A stretch of DNA of 64,000 nt from a virus (IMGVR_UViG_2868108522_000001:1-64000); one strand, 5' to 3'. Counted from the stretch's first letter, positions 18,954 to 28,542 are shown. Made by a program: numbers and translations. Notes: a model not told the origin generated them from the letters alone.

Positions 18954-19309
18954 GTGCCCCGATCATCTGTCGACCGCCGTCGTTCCCGATTCGACGCGTC
19001 CTCGACTGTCCGACCTGCAGGCAGAAGCGGCGAATGGCTGGTCGCGATCACGGCCCGTACTACGGCCCGACCATCACTTGCTGCGGCTGCGGCGACTCGT
19101 GGTCCTGTGGCGAACTGCTGCCTCGTCCGTTCAGGCGCGGATGGCGGACCGCCGAGATCGCCAAGGTCAAGCGGGCCTGGACTGAGGCGGGTCTGTACAC
19201 GGCCGCTGACTACAAGGCGTGGCTGGCTGACGAACTCGCAGTCGTCGTGGCCGATTACGGCAGCTCTGTCGAGGACGTGCCGCTGCCCGAGTCTGCCGCC
19301 TCTGCGTAG
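18950..19309 (+). CDS. Zn-ribbon-like hypothetical protein
   Basis: CPTC...CCGCGD. Confidence 0.55.
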   Translation: MSAPIICRPPSFPIRRVLDCPTCRQKRRMAGRDHGPYYGPTITCCGCGDSWSCGELLPRPFRRGWRTAEIAKVKRAWTEAGLYTAADYKAWLADELAVVVADYGSSVEDVPLPESAASA

Positions 19310-19368
19310 GAGGACCGGTGGTGTCGAAACCCCCGCCGCACACGCGGCCCAACCCCAGGAGAAACCCG

Positions 19369-19623
19369 ATGACCGACCGCCTCACCGACCAGCAGCTCAC
19401 CAACATCGAGCGCGCCCTGCCGCGTCTCAGCGAGTACGCCGAGCAGTCCGACGACGTCCGCGCCGTCGCCGAGGGCGTGCCCGCGCTGCTCGCCGAAGTC
19501 CGCCGCCTCCAGGTCGAGCTAGCGAAGTCCGCCGAGGACGTCGACTGGCTCCGCTGCCTGGAGGCCGCGGGCGTCGACAACTGGGAGGGCATCGACACGG
19601 CGATCGAGATGCGCGACGAGTAG
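19369..19623 (+). CDS. Hypothetical phage protein
   Basis: WLRCLEAAGVDNWEG motif common in phages. Confidence 0.6.
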   Translation: MTDRLTDQQLTNIERALPRLSEYAEQSDDVRAVAEGVPALLAEVRRLQVELAKSAEDVDWLRCLEAAGVDNWEGIDTAIEMRDE

Positions 19624-19703
19624 CAAGCCGACGGCCCGGGGCGCGCCTATCGCCCCGGGCCTGGCCCCGAGTTTTCCATCCCGTCCTGTCCTGGAGGAAC
19701 CCG

Positions 19704-20744
19704 ATGACCGACCAGACCACCGAGACCGCCCGCGCCCTGCTGTACCGGTACGGCCTGCCCGAGGACGTGATCGACGGCGTCCTGTGCCTGCACGCGCGGG
19801 AGCTGGCCGCCGAGATCCGCGAGGAGACGCGGCAGCTGAAGGAGCACGGCGTGCTGGAGCCGTGGAAGTACCGGCCGTGCCGTGACGCGGCCAACCAGAT
19901 CGATCCCACGCGGAACGAGGACGACGTCGACCCGGACGAGGCGGGTGCCCCGCTGCCGCCCGCCGACCAGACCGCGCTCCGCGACCGCATCACCGACGGA
20001 CAGGGCGAGCCTGTCGAGCTCCGCGGCCTGCCCCGTGAGGTCCGGCTCCTCGTCCACAGCATCGACCGGATGCGCCGCGAATGGGCCGAGATGCCCGAGC
20101 ACGGCCCGGAGCGGCGAGGGCTCTGGACTGAGGTGCACAGCGCGTGCGAGGCCGTGTGGAACCGACCGCTGGCCGTGCTGCCCGCGCCCGTCGACCGGGC
20201 CACCGTCCTCCGCGAAGCCGCCGACCAGTACGCCAAGCTCACCGACCAGAACGAGGCCTACGACCGCGAGCACGGCGAGCTGGACGAGGAAGCCCGACTG
20301 CGGCACGAGGTAGTCCGCGACGTGGTCGCCGGGCTGCGCCGCATGGCCGACGAGACGGCAGCCACCGAGACGCACCCGCCCGCCGACGCAGGTCTTCCCG
20401 CCGGAACGCTGGAGGCCGCCGAGATCGGCGCCAACCGCCTGGACACCTGGGCCCGGTCGCCGCAGGGCCGCAACTTCCTCGCGCACGCCCTGGTCCAGCT
20501 CGCCCGTACCGGCTGGCTGCGCCCCGCCCCGGGTGAGCCCTTCGAGCCGAAGCGGGAGGACGCGCCGCCTGCTGAACCCGTCGTGACGATGCACGCGATC
20601 CCGCTGCCCGGCTCCAACGGTGTCAGCGCCTGCTGCGGGCGCCCGCCCTGCGAGTTCGTCGGCGAGCGCGTCACCCGCGATCCCGACAAGGTCACCTGCA
20701 CCGGGGCCGCCGCCGGGGTGCGGCAGGACGGGGCGCCGTCGTGA
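19704..20744 (+). CDS. Mosaic hypothetical phage protein
   Basis: GGAGG RBS; 346 aa. Confidence 0.6.
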   Translation: MTDQTTETARALLYRYGLPEDVIDGVLCLHARELAAEIREETRQLKEHGVLEPWKYRPCRDAANQIDPTRNEDDVDPDEAGAPLPPADQTALRDRITDGQGEPVELRGLPREVRLLVHSIDRMRREWAEMPEHGPERRGLWTEVHSACEAVWNRPLAVLPAPVDRATVLREAADQYAKLTDQNEAYDREHGELDEEARLRHEVVRDVVAGLRRMADETAATETHPPADAGLPAGTLEAAEIGANRLDTWARSPQGRNFLAHALVQLARTGWLRPAPGEPFEPKREDAPPAEPVVTMHAIPLPGSNGVSACCGRPPCEFVGERVTRDPDKVTCTGAAAGVRQDGAPS

Positions 20745-21048
20745 GCCTCGCTGCCCGCCGTGCCGCCGCTCTCGACGTCCTGTCCCGCCGCCAGCCTCCC
20801 GCCGGGCAAAGCCCGGCCGAGACGCGGCCGTCGGGGGCTATGCCGACGGATTGGCGGGAGGCGCTCGCCTACCTCGACGCCCGGGACCGGGTGGAGGGCG
20901 GGGAGGAGGCGCCGCCCGTGTGACGGCCGTGCGGGGCGCTGTGTGCCCGTCTCAGCGCCCCGCACTCGCCCGGCGACTCTCGCGTCGCCGGAACCCCTCC
21001 CAACGGCCCTCAGGGGCCGTAGAAGCCTTTCGATCATCAGGAGACGAC

Positions 21049-21285
21049 ATGACCTCCGCAGACGAACTCCGCACCGCCGCCGAGAAACTGCGCCAAGTGG
21101 CCCCCAAGCTGCGCGGACTCTACGCACGCGTCGCCGATCCGGCCGCCGAGTGACTGGACCACGAGGCCAACTTGGCCCGCGACGCCCACCTGTGGGCAGA
21201 ACGCGAGCCCTGCGGCTGGTGCGGAGAGCCCGCCCACGCTCACGCCCTCGCCGTGGCCCGCACCATCAACGGCACCGCGCCGTGA
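21049..21285 (+). pseudogene. Small phage gene interrupted by an in-frame TGA
   Basis: AGGAG RBS, ATG 21049, TGA 21151, frame continues to HALAVARTING. Confidence 0.55.
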
Positions 21286-21458
21286 CCGCGGACCCGCTCC
21301 CGTTCTGCGACCCGCTGTGGACCGACCCGGAACTCGACGACACCACCCCCGACGATCCCCGGCTCCGCGACCTCCGCGGCCAAGGCCTCACCGCCATCCA
21401 GCTGCACACCATCACCGACATAGCGCTCGCCACCGACCACCTCACCGAAAGGAACCCG

Positions 21459-21695
21459 ATGACCGCCGAAACTCCCACCCCCGCCGTCGGCCAGATCTGG
21501 CAGGACAACGACCCGCGCAGCGATGGAAGGCGGTTGCTCATCGAGTGGATCGACGACACCCACGCAAGAGTTCGTCAGGTCGCGCTTACCGCCGACGGCC
21601 ACCCCGTCCCCCTGCCCGGAGTACGCCAGTCCCGCATCCGTCTCGACCGCTTCCGCCCCACCAGCACCGGCTACCGCTACGTCGGCACCGCCTGA
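21459..21695 (+). CDS. Small SH3-like phage protein
   Basis: AVGQIWQDNDPR; RBS AAGGA. Confidence 0.6.
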   Translation: MTAETPTPAVGQIWQDNDPRSDGRRLLIEWIDDTHARVRQVALTADGHPVPLPGVRQSRIRLDRFRPTSTGYRYVGTA

Positions 21696-22118
21696 ACCCA
21701 CCCCGCCAGCCGCCGCCCCACACCCGGGGCGGCGGCCCGAGAAAGGCCAGCACCATGACCGAACGCACCCGCCCGAGGCGGCGCGCCCGCTACCGCTCGA
21801 TCTACGTCAACGGCATCCCACTGTGGGAGTGCGGACGCTGCGGAGACCGCCAGCCCCCGAGCACCCCGCACCACACCCTCGCCGAGCACGAGGACACGTG
21901 CGGCCAGCCCGAGGACGGGCGATGACCGGCCGCCCGCTGCCGCCTGTCCTGCCGTCGGCCCGGGTGTGGCAGATCCTCCGCCGCTGCTACCCCGGCCAGA
22001 ACCCCGCCGCCGTCCTCGAACGCGCGCTGATCATGCTCGCCACCGCCGACGGACACCTCACACCCAGCGGGCAGTTGAAGGCCGGAATCGGCGGGCGGCC
22101 TGCGGGACGGAGGCAGCC

Positions 22119-22583
22119 GTGACCGAGATGCCGGCTCGTGAACTCGAGGTACTGAAGCTGCTGGCCAACGGCTTCACCTACGAGGAGATCGCCGAACAGT
22201 TGTCCCTCGGCGTCGGTGGGGCGAAGGGTGCCGCGAGTCGCATGATGATGCGCCTCGGAGCCCTCAATGCCCCGCATGCCGTCTTCCTCGCAGTCCAGCA
22301 AGGAATCCTCCCCGGCCGCGCCAAGCGGCGCCCAGGCCCCCCACGACAACCGCTCACCCCCAGGCAAGCCCTGGTGCTCGACACCGCCGCCGACGGAGCC
22401 AGCCTCGCCGTCGTCGCCGCCCGCCTCGGCACCACGCGAGAACAGATCTCATCCAGCCTCTCCGGCGCCTACCTCCGCCTCGGCGTCCACCAGCACCCGC
22501 GAGCCGAACGCCGCGCCGCAGCCGTCGCCGAAGCCCGCCGCCGCGGACTCATCCCACCCGCCAAACAGGAGCGTGCAGCATGA
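22119..22583 (+). CDS. Tandem LuxR-type HTH regulator
   Basis: RELEVLKLLANGFTYEEIA and LTPRQALVL..AADG. Confidence 0.8.
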   Translation: MTEMPARELEVLKLLANGFTYEEIAEQLSLGVGGAKGAASRMMMRLGALNAPHAVFLAVQQGILPGRAKRRPGPPRQPLTPRQALVLDTAADGASLAVVAARLGTTREQISSSLSGAYLRLGVHQHPRAERRAAAVAEARRRGLIPPAKQERAA

Positions 22584-22816
22584 CCGACCTGCCCGCCGAC
22601 GACCGGCTGCGCGCCTTGGTCCGCCAGGCCCTCACCGACGCCCGCATCTCCCAAGCCGAGATCGCCCGCCAGTTGGGCGTGTCCACCAAGCACCTCAGCC
22701 ACATGCTCACCGGCCGCGCCCACCTCACCCTCACCTGGGCCGAAGGCATCCTCGGTCTCTGCGGCATGAACCTGCAACTCGCCATCCAGCCCGACCAGCC
22801 CAGGAGTGCCGCATGA
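22580..22816 (+). CDS. XRE HTH protein
   Basis: ISQAEIARQLGVSTKHLSHMLTGR. Confidence 0.8.
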   Translation: MTDLPADDRLRALVRQALTDARISQAEIARQLGVSTKHLSHMLTGRAHLTLTWAEGILGLCGMNLQLAIQPDQPRSAA

Positions 22817-23100
22817 CCGACCTCCCGACCAGCCTGCCCTGCAACTGGGCTCGGACCCGCCAGCCGCATCCGCCGCACGACTGGGAGCCGCAGCCCGGCA
22901 TGGTCCCCGTCCACTGCCCGGGGCGCCGCCAAGGGGACACGGACGAGCCAGAGCTGACCGCCGAGGAAGCCCGTACCCTCGCCGAGCACTACGAGGAGTG
23001 CCCGCAGTACGACAACCCGACCGCTCCGCACTGTCACTGCGAAGGCATCAACCAGGCCGACGACAACTACTGGACCGAACCGCCCAACCTCAATGGCTGA
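22813..23100 (+). CDS. Hypothetical protein
   Basis: ATGA overlap. Confidence 0.5.
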   Translation: MTDLPTSLPCNWARTRQPHPPHDWEPQPGMVPVHCPGRRQGDTDEPELTAEEARTLAEHYEECPQYDNPTAPHCHCEGINQADDNYWTEPPNLNG

Positions 23101-23122
23101 CCGCTAGAACACGGAGAAGACC

Positions 23123-23389
23123 ATCAAGAACCACAGCAACACCGCCGCCCTAGACGCCATCGCATCCTTCACCAACATCATGACCGTCCGTTACGCCGTC
23201 GGCAGCCACCCACACGCCGTCGACGTACTCACCGGCGGTTTCAGCCTTGCCGACCACCTCCAACGACTGGACCCCGCTAGCAGCGGCAGCGAGAAGGAGT
23301 GGGTCACATTCATGCTCAAGGCCGGCGGCGAGATCGCCCTGCGGGACAGCAGCATCATCGCCATTGAAATGCCCGCGGTAGAGCCGTAA
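23123..23389 (+). CDS. Hypothetical protein (start ATC 23123 or ATG 23180)
   Basis: Open frame from GGAGA-linked ATC; followed by terminator. Confidence 0.5.
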   Translation: MKNHSNTAALDAIASFTNIMTVRYAVGSHPHAVDVLTGGFSLADHLQRLDPASSGSEKEWVTFMLKAGGEIALRDSSIIAIEMPAVEP

Positions 23390-23412
23390 ACCCAGCCCGA
23401 CCAGCGGCACAG

Positions 23413-23448
23413 AAGCCCCGCCGCTCAAATCCGGGTGGCGGGGCTTTC
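23413..23448. terminator. Intrinsic terminator between convergent genes
   Basis: AAGCCCCGCC...GGCGGGGCTTT. Confidence 0.75.
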
Positions 23449-23560
23449 GTTGCGCTCCGTAGTCGGCGGCGCTCTGGTGCAGAGTTCGTTACATCCCGGG
23501 CGTAACTATCTCTGCAAGATCACCGGACGACTGTTAACGCAGCGTATAACCGGCATGCGG

Positions 23561-23884
23561 TCAGAACGTGCCGGTGCAGGCGAGGCAGACGTGCGACTGC
23601 TCCCAGGTGGCCCGCTGCGCCTCCGCCCACTGCACCGCCTTGTACACGACCGCACCCCAGCCCGCCCCACCCGCGGCGATCAGCAGGCCGAGCAAGATCG
23701 CGCCCTCCGTCAGGACCAGGACGCCGACGGCGATCGCGATCAGCGCCGCCCAATACGAGACCTTCGGCCGGGCCGGCGGCGCGTACTTCGCCTTCAACGG
23801 CGACTCCGCAGGCAAGCTCTGCCAGTAGTGCGGCAAGTCGGCGACGTTCGGGGACGAGCACTTCGGCGACGGGCAAGCGATCAC
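23561..23884 (-). CDS. Two-TM membrane protein with terminal Cys pairs
   Basis: CPSPKC, two hydrophobic helices, CLAC; start uncertain. Confidence 0.65.
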   Translation of the reverse strand: MIACPSPKCSSPNVADLPHYWQSLPAESPLKAKYAPPARPKVSYWAALIAIAVGVLVLTEGAILLGLLIAAGGAGWGAVVYKAVQWAEAQRATWEQSHVCLACTGTF

Positions 23885-24050
23885 AGCGACCCCCGGGATG
23901 CGGCGTAGTGGGGGCAGCAGGGTCGTGGGGTACCGGGCAGTACGGCAAGCAGGCTGCGGGCAGTGTGGGCCGGGCCACAGAACGGCAGCCGCAGGAGTCT
24001 CGCCTGTCGCAGGGGGAGCGCTTGAGTAGCTGGGCAACTCCAGAGTGAAC

Positions 24051-24090
24051 CTGTAGAGAGGACTACAGTTCGTGTGTAGTCTGGTCTACA
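24051..24090. promoter_or_regulatory. Two palindromic operators TGTAG-N6-CTACA
   Basis: CTGTAGagaggaCTACAG (24051) and TGTAGtctggtCTACA (24075). Confidence 0.7.
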
Positions 24091-24123
24091 GATGGAGCGG
24101 GGGTCGCTCCGGAGGGGACCAAC

Positions 24124-24456
24124 ATGCTGACGATCACCACCCGCACCGGCGACTACTACGGCGACGGCAGCAGCAACCACATCTGGGAGACCCGCGACGC
24201 CGACGGCCAGCTCATCGCCGAACTCTACGTCTCCACCGACCGCCACGAGATCATGAACATCTGGGTCGACGAAGACCACCGCGGCGAGGGCCACGCCCGC
24301 GCCCTCTACGAGGCGGCCACCGACCAGATGAACGTCTGCCATGCCCCCGCTGCCCACCGCAGCCCCGAGGGCAACGCGTTCGCCGAGGCCGTCGGCGGCC
24401 CCACTGTCGCCCCTTACGCCTGCGACTGCTACGCCTGCGACTCTCTGGAGGACTGA
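24124..24456 (+). CDS. GNAT-family acetyltransferase-like protein
   Basis: NIWVDEDHRGEGHARALY (motif A), PEGNAFA. Confidence 0.75.
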   Translation: MLTITTRTGDYYGDGSSNHIWETRDADGQLIAELYVSTDRHEIMNIWVDEDHRGEGHARALYEAATDQMNVCHAPAAHRSPEGNAFAEAVGGPTVAPYACDCYACDSLED

Positions 24457-24459
24457 CCC

Positions 24460-24822
24460 ATGCAGCAGTACGAACTTGAAGCGTGGCTCGGCGACGACCA
24501 CGACCTCAGTGACGAGCAGATCGTTGAACTCTTGCAGGCCGCCCACGAGATTGAAGAGCAGTACCCGGACGAAGACGACCGCGACGACCGTGAATCTGCG
24601 CTCACCGCTGCGTACCGCCTGATAGTCGAGGCCCCGGAGGACCTCATTGCCGAGTTGGCCCAGGAGCGCGCCCGAGCTCGCGCAGCCGAGCGGAAGGCTC
24701 TCGTTGCCCTGCGGCAGATCGGTGTCACCCGCATCGGCAACGGCGACGCCACGGAGGCCGGGTTCGCACACCAAGCAGGCGTCGACCGGATGGCTGTTCG
24801 CAGGTGGCTCGGCAAGCGCTGA
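24460..24822 (+). CDS. C-terminal HTH protein
   Basis: TEAGFAHQAGVDRMAVRRWLGK. Confidence 0.7.
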   Translation: MQQYELEAWLGDDHDLSDEQIVELLQAAHEIEEQYPDEDDRDDRESALTAAYRLIVEAPEDLIAELAQERARARAAERKALVALRQIGVTRIGNGDATEAGFAHQAGVDRMAVRRWLGKR

Positions 24823-24826
24823 TCAC

Positions 24827-24865
24827 GACGAGGTCCCCGCCCGATCCGGGCGGGGGCCTCGTCGT
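24827..24865. terminator. Bidirectional hairpin terminator
   Basis: GACGAGGTCCCCGCCCG-ATC-CGGGCGGGGGCCTCGTC between convergent genes. Confidence 0.75.
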
Positions 24866-24869
24866 CTGC

Positions 24870-25190
24870 TCAGCCGCGGGGCGCCGGAACCTCCGTCACC
24901 TCGAACGGCGCCGGCAGCGGCGGCAACGCCACACGCAACGCCCGCCCCAGCAGGGCCCGCGCCGTAATCTCCCACTCCGCCACTGGCCGGCCCGCCGGCC
25001 GCACGAACAGTAGGGAGCCGTCCGGGCGCTGGAACGTGCCACCCGTGAAACGGGGCTCCGCCTCGATCTCCACCACCTCCACGCCGTGCTCGGCCAAGAG
25101 CTGGGGGAGTGGGGCGTTGAGGAGGTGATCTGTCGACAAAGGGGCGGGCGCTAACGACGTGGTGCCGCTACTCTTCATGGAGAGCTCCAT
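24870..25190 (-). CDS. Hypothetical protein
   Basis: 106-aa ORF ending at terminator. Confidence 0.6.
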   Translation of the reverse strand: MELSMKSSGTTSLAPAPLSTDHLLNAPLPQLLAEHGVEVVEIEAEPRFTGGTFQRPDGSLLFVRPAGRPVAEWEITARALLGRALRVALPPLPAPFEVTEVPAPRG

Positions 25191-25339
25191 CCTTGACGGG
25201 GTCGGGGTTACAGGTCAGCGAGTCGCCACTCGCTGGTCGAACTGGCCGGGCGGTCGCCACCGCCCGGCCGTTCGCGTTCATGGAGAGAAGTTTTCGCCGC
25301 CCTCTTGATCAAGTCAAACGATGTGCACCGATGTGCACG

Positions 25340-25750
25340 TCAGTGCGGCAGCACCTCGTCGAGGTACTCCTGAACCGGCCCGTACAGGCCGTAGGGCACG
25401 TACTCCTTGATCTTCGAGTGGGCGACCCAGGCGACCGCGTCCAACTCGTCCTCGTCGGCCACCCGGGCCTCACCCTGGACGGGCGTGCACGCGGTGTAGA
25501 ACATCTCGCGACCCGACTTCGGGTGCGACTCCAGGTAGCCGATCTGCCGGTCCGACGTCACAACCAGCCCGGTCTCCTCCGCGGTCTCCCGGACCGCTGC
25601 CTCCGCGGCGGCCTCGCCGTCCTCGATGGCGCCGGCCGGGAACTGCCAGAGGAGATCCCCCTCGCCGACGCGGCGGCGCACCATCAAGACGCGCCCCTCA
25701 TCGACAATGATCGCTGCGGAGATGCCGGGCTTCTTGGTCTCGGTGGTCAT
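25340..25750 (-). CDS. NUDIX hydrolase
   Basis: PAGAIEDGEAAAEAAVRETAEETGL (complete Nudix box). Confidence 0.9.
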   Translation of the reverse strand: MTTETKKPGISAAIIVDEGRVLMVRRRVGEGDLLWQFPAGAIEDGEAAAEAAVRETAEETGLVVTSDRQIGYLESHPKSGREMFYTACTPVQGEARVADEDELDAVAWVAHSKIKEYVPYGLYGPVQEYLDEVLPH

Positions 25751-26385
25751 ACGGTCGCCTCCAGGGCGCTGAGGATGGGCGGGAAGATCTGGTCTGCGGG
25801 GATGAAGCGGGTCAGGGCGGTGCGCGGCACCCAGGTGACGTCGACGTTCTCGAGCGGGTCCCGGTTCGACGCGTCGCCTGCCAGATGGTCCGCTAGGTAG
25901 TACGAGGCCACCACACCTGTGACGGGGTGGACGCGTTCGCCGAGCTGCTCGCGGATGGTGCAGTGCACGCCGGTCTCGCCGTGCGTCTCCTGCACCGCCA
26001 CCGTCGACGGGTCCGCCCCAGGTTTGACCATGCCTGCGGGGAACTGCCAGCGAAGCTCGCCGTCACCGCGCCGGCACACCAGCAGGATGTCGTCGCCGCG
26101 GACCACGACCGCTATCGCCACCCGCAACGCCTGCGCCTCAATGCGAGGTGCCGGGGGGCGCAGTAGGAGAGCGAAGCGGTGTCTCACGTCGTCCTTCGCC
26201 TCCCTGTGAGCGATGTCCAAGATCTGCTGCACCTCGGTCCGGTGAACCATGTCGGGGCTGGCGTGCCACCGGCTGATGGTCCGTTCGCTGATCCCGAGGT
26301 GTTCGGCGAACGCCTCGTTCGTCATCCGCATCGCCTGCTGCAAGAGGCAGGCCGACCGGCCGGTCCAGGTCTCTACAACGTCCAT
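25747..26385 (-). CDS. HTH-NUDIX fusion protein
   Basis: N-terminal MTNEAFAEHLGISERTISRW; variant Nudix box PAGMVKPGADPSTVAVQETHGETGV. Confidence 0.85.
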   Translation of the reverse strand: MDVVETWTGRSACLLQQAMRMTNEAFAEHLGISERTISRWHASPDMVHRTEVQQILDIAHREAKDDVRHRFALLLRPPAPRIEAQALRVAIAVVVRGDDILLVCRRGDGELRWQFPAGMVKPGADPSTVAVQETHGETGVHCTIREQLGERVHPVTGVVASYYLADHLAGDASNRDPLENVDVTWVPRTALTRFIPADQIFPPILSALEATV

Positions 26386-26467
26386 CGTGACGGCTCCCGT
26401 GCTCGTGGCGCTCGGGTCTGGCGGGGCGGCGACAGGCCGGTGTCACCGCCATGTCAGGGCAGGGCTG

Positions 26468-26803
26468 TTATGGCGTGCTGGTGTCCTCGGCGTGGCCTTC
26501 TGCCGTGCGCGCGTTGGGCGTTGGCTGGACGGCATGCTCACTCTTCCGCCGCTTCGAACTCCGGCCCCGCGCGATCGCTTCCGCCCAGGCGTGGCTCCGC
26601 CCGAACAGGTCGCCTACTTGCGCCCACGTGCGACCCGGATAGAGCCCCTGCACGGCGGCTCGCTGGATCGCATAGAGGGCCTGGTCGCTAGCCGCCAGCG
26701 CCTGACGTGCTTCAAGGGCGGCGCGGCCCCTGGCGAGCAGGTCGTCGATGGCTGCAACTTCGGCGACTTTGGCCTCCAGGGACTCCGTGAACGCATCTGT
26801 CAT
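26468..26803 (-). CDS. HTH repressor, Kor-like by position
   Basis: RTWAQVGDLFGRSHAWAEAI; divergent from transfer operon. Confidence 0.65.
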   Translation of the reverse strand: MTDAFTESLEAKVAEVAAIDDLLARGRAALEARQALAASDQALYAIQRAAVQGLYPGRTWAQVGDLFGRSHAWAEAIARGRSSKRRKSEHAVQPTPNARTAEGHAEDTSTP

Positions 26804-26834
26804 TGGCCCAGAGTAGAAGTCAACACGCCAGTTC

Positions 26835-26882
26835 TCAAGACGGTGTTGACACCGACTCAGGAACTCTTCAAGATGGTGTTGA
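26835..26882 (+). promoter_or_regulatory. Promoter of transfer operon with two operator copies
   Basis: TCAAGAYGGTGTTGA at 26835 and 26868 overlapping TTGACA-N17-CAAGAT. Confidence 0.7.
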
Positions 26883-27010
26883 AGCGAACGGCGCTCCACC
26901 GCCCGAAGCTCCAGCAGTCGCTCCACCGGCTGCACCAAAAAAGCGGCCCCAGCTCAGGGACTCCACTCCCTGGCCAGGGCCTCACCACCAGGTTCTAACA
27001 AGGAGATCCT

Positions 27011-27619
27011 GTGGCTACGCAGAAGCTTATCCCGGCGCCGACGTGCGCCGACACGGCGGGCACCGTCCCGCTGAACCCGGCCGCCGCCGAGGCGCTGCGC
27101 CGACTGGAGCTGGCGCTGACCACCCCGGACGCCGCGACCGTCGAGAAGGTGCGCGTTGCCCTCGGCTACCCGGTCGGCTGGAAGCCCAACCGGCACCTCG
27201 GCGAGACCGCGACGTACCTGACCGTGTGGTCGCAGATGGAGCTCAACGACCTGTTCGAGCAGGTCGGCGGCACCGTCACGACCCGGCAGGTCGAGCGCAG
27301 CACGTCCGACGGCTCCAGCTCCTGGACCGCCACCGAGATCGCCCTCACCGTGAAGGTGCCCGACGTCGGCTCCGTCGAGATCGTCACCGACATCGAGGAC
27401 GACCCCGAGTGCGGCTACCGGACCGACATTCCCGTCGTCGCCGTGGCCCGCTACCGGGACGCCGAGGCGCGCGCCAACGAGCTGATCGTGAGCGCGAGGA
27501 CCGGCAGCATGTCGGACCTGGACGCCGATGACCTGGCGCACAACGTCGACTTGATGGCCGGCTACCGTACCGTCCTCGCCAAGGCGGGCCGGCTGGACCT
27601 GATCGGCGGAGCGTCGTGA
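27011..27619 (+). CDS. Hypothetical protein, first gene of transfer operon
   Basis: AAGGAG RBS, GTG start. Confidence 0.65.
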   Translation: MATQKLIPAPTCADTAGTVPLNPAAAEALRRLELALTTPDAATVEKVRVALGYPVGWKPNRHLGETATYLTVWSQMELNDLFEQVGGTVTTRQVERSTSDGSSSWTATEIALTVKVPDVGSVEIVTDIEDDPECGYRTDIPVVAVARYRDAEARANELIVSARTGSMSDLDADDLAHNVDLMAGYRTVLAKAGRLDLIGGAS

Positions 27620-27891
27620 CCGCCCCCGACGAGCGGGACCTGCTGGTCTTCGCCCTCTACCACGTACTGATCGCCACGTCCCCGGACGACGGAGACCGGG
27701 CCGGGATGGTGACCCTCCGCCTCGCGGACGGCCGGTACGTCGGCGACGTGTGGCTGTCGACGCCGGACCTGAAGCGAATCACCGGCCAGCTGTCCGACGA
27801 CGAGTCGGATCTCCCGGCCGTGGCCGACGCCGACGCCGACGATGTGGTCCGCGCCGCCGAAGCCTTCCTCCGGAACGGCGGCGCATCGTGA
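27616..27891 (+). CDS. Hypothetical protein
   Basis: GTGA overlap. Confidence 0.55.
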   Translation: MTAPDERDLLVFALYHVLIATSPDDGDRAGMVTLRLADGRYVGDVWLSTPDLKRITGQLSDDESDLPAVADADADDVVRAAEAFLRNGGAS

Positions 27892-28121
27892 CGGAGCGGG
27901 AGCGGCGGGAGCGGCTGCGGGCGACGACTGAGCGCATCGTGGCCGGGCTGCCCGCCTGGGACGGCGAGTCGCCGAAGCTGCTGGTCACGTTCACCGACCC
28001 GGAGACCCAGACGCGGATCAGCCACTGGTTCGTCCCGGCCACCGCGGCGCCCCTGTCGCAGGCCGAGCCTCAGCCGTCGGGCCGCACCCGGCGCCTGCAC
28101 GCCGTACCGGACGCGTCATGA
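27888..28121 (+). CDS. Hypothetical protein
   Basis: GTGA overlap. Confidence 0.5.
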   Translation: MTERERRERLRATTERIVAGLPAWDGESPKLLVTFTDPETQTRISHWFVPATAAPLSQAEPQPSGRTRRLHAVPDAS

Positions 28122-28291
28122 CGGACGCCGAACGCGAAGCGATGCGGCAGAAGGTCAAGGAAGCCAACCGGCAGTCCTCCAACCGGCCCCGCTAGGGCCC
28201 CTGTACCGCCGCGGTCGGCGGTGTCCAACCCCCGTCCCGCCGGCCGCGGTATTCCACCCCATCCCTGCCTGACCAGTAGAGGAGTACCCCC

Positions 28292-28513
28292 ATGCCTGCT
28301 TCCACCCCGTCTGTCTGGCCGGTGGGTGTCGTAGCCCGCTACCGGACCGTCGGCGGCGCCGACGTCGACCTGACCGGCGACGGCAAGTGTGTCCGCGTCC
28401 GCTGCTCGGGCTGCGGCGTCGGCGGCGACGACGCCTACTACCCGCCCGCCGCCCACCGGCTCGCCGAGAAGCACGCCGGCAAGTGCCGCCGCGTGGCCGC
28501 ACCCACCGCCTGA
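28292..28513 (+). CDS. Small Zn-finger 'mobile element transfer'-like protein
   Basis: RYRTVGGADV..CSGC..AEKHAGKCR. Confidence 0.55.
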   Translation: MPASTPSVWPVGVVARYRTVGGADVDLTGDGKCVRVRCSGCGVGGDDAYYPPAAHRLAEKHAGKCRRVAAPTA

Positions 28514-28542
28514 ACCCACCGAAGAAGCCCAGGAAGGACGAA

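Noticed and set aside
21282-21695. One fused ORF from GTG 21282
   Set aside because: An internal RBS and ATG at 21459 suggest a separate gene; status of the upstream part is unclear
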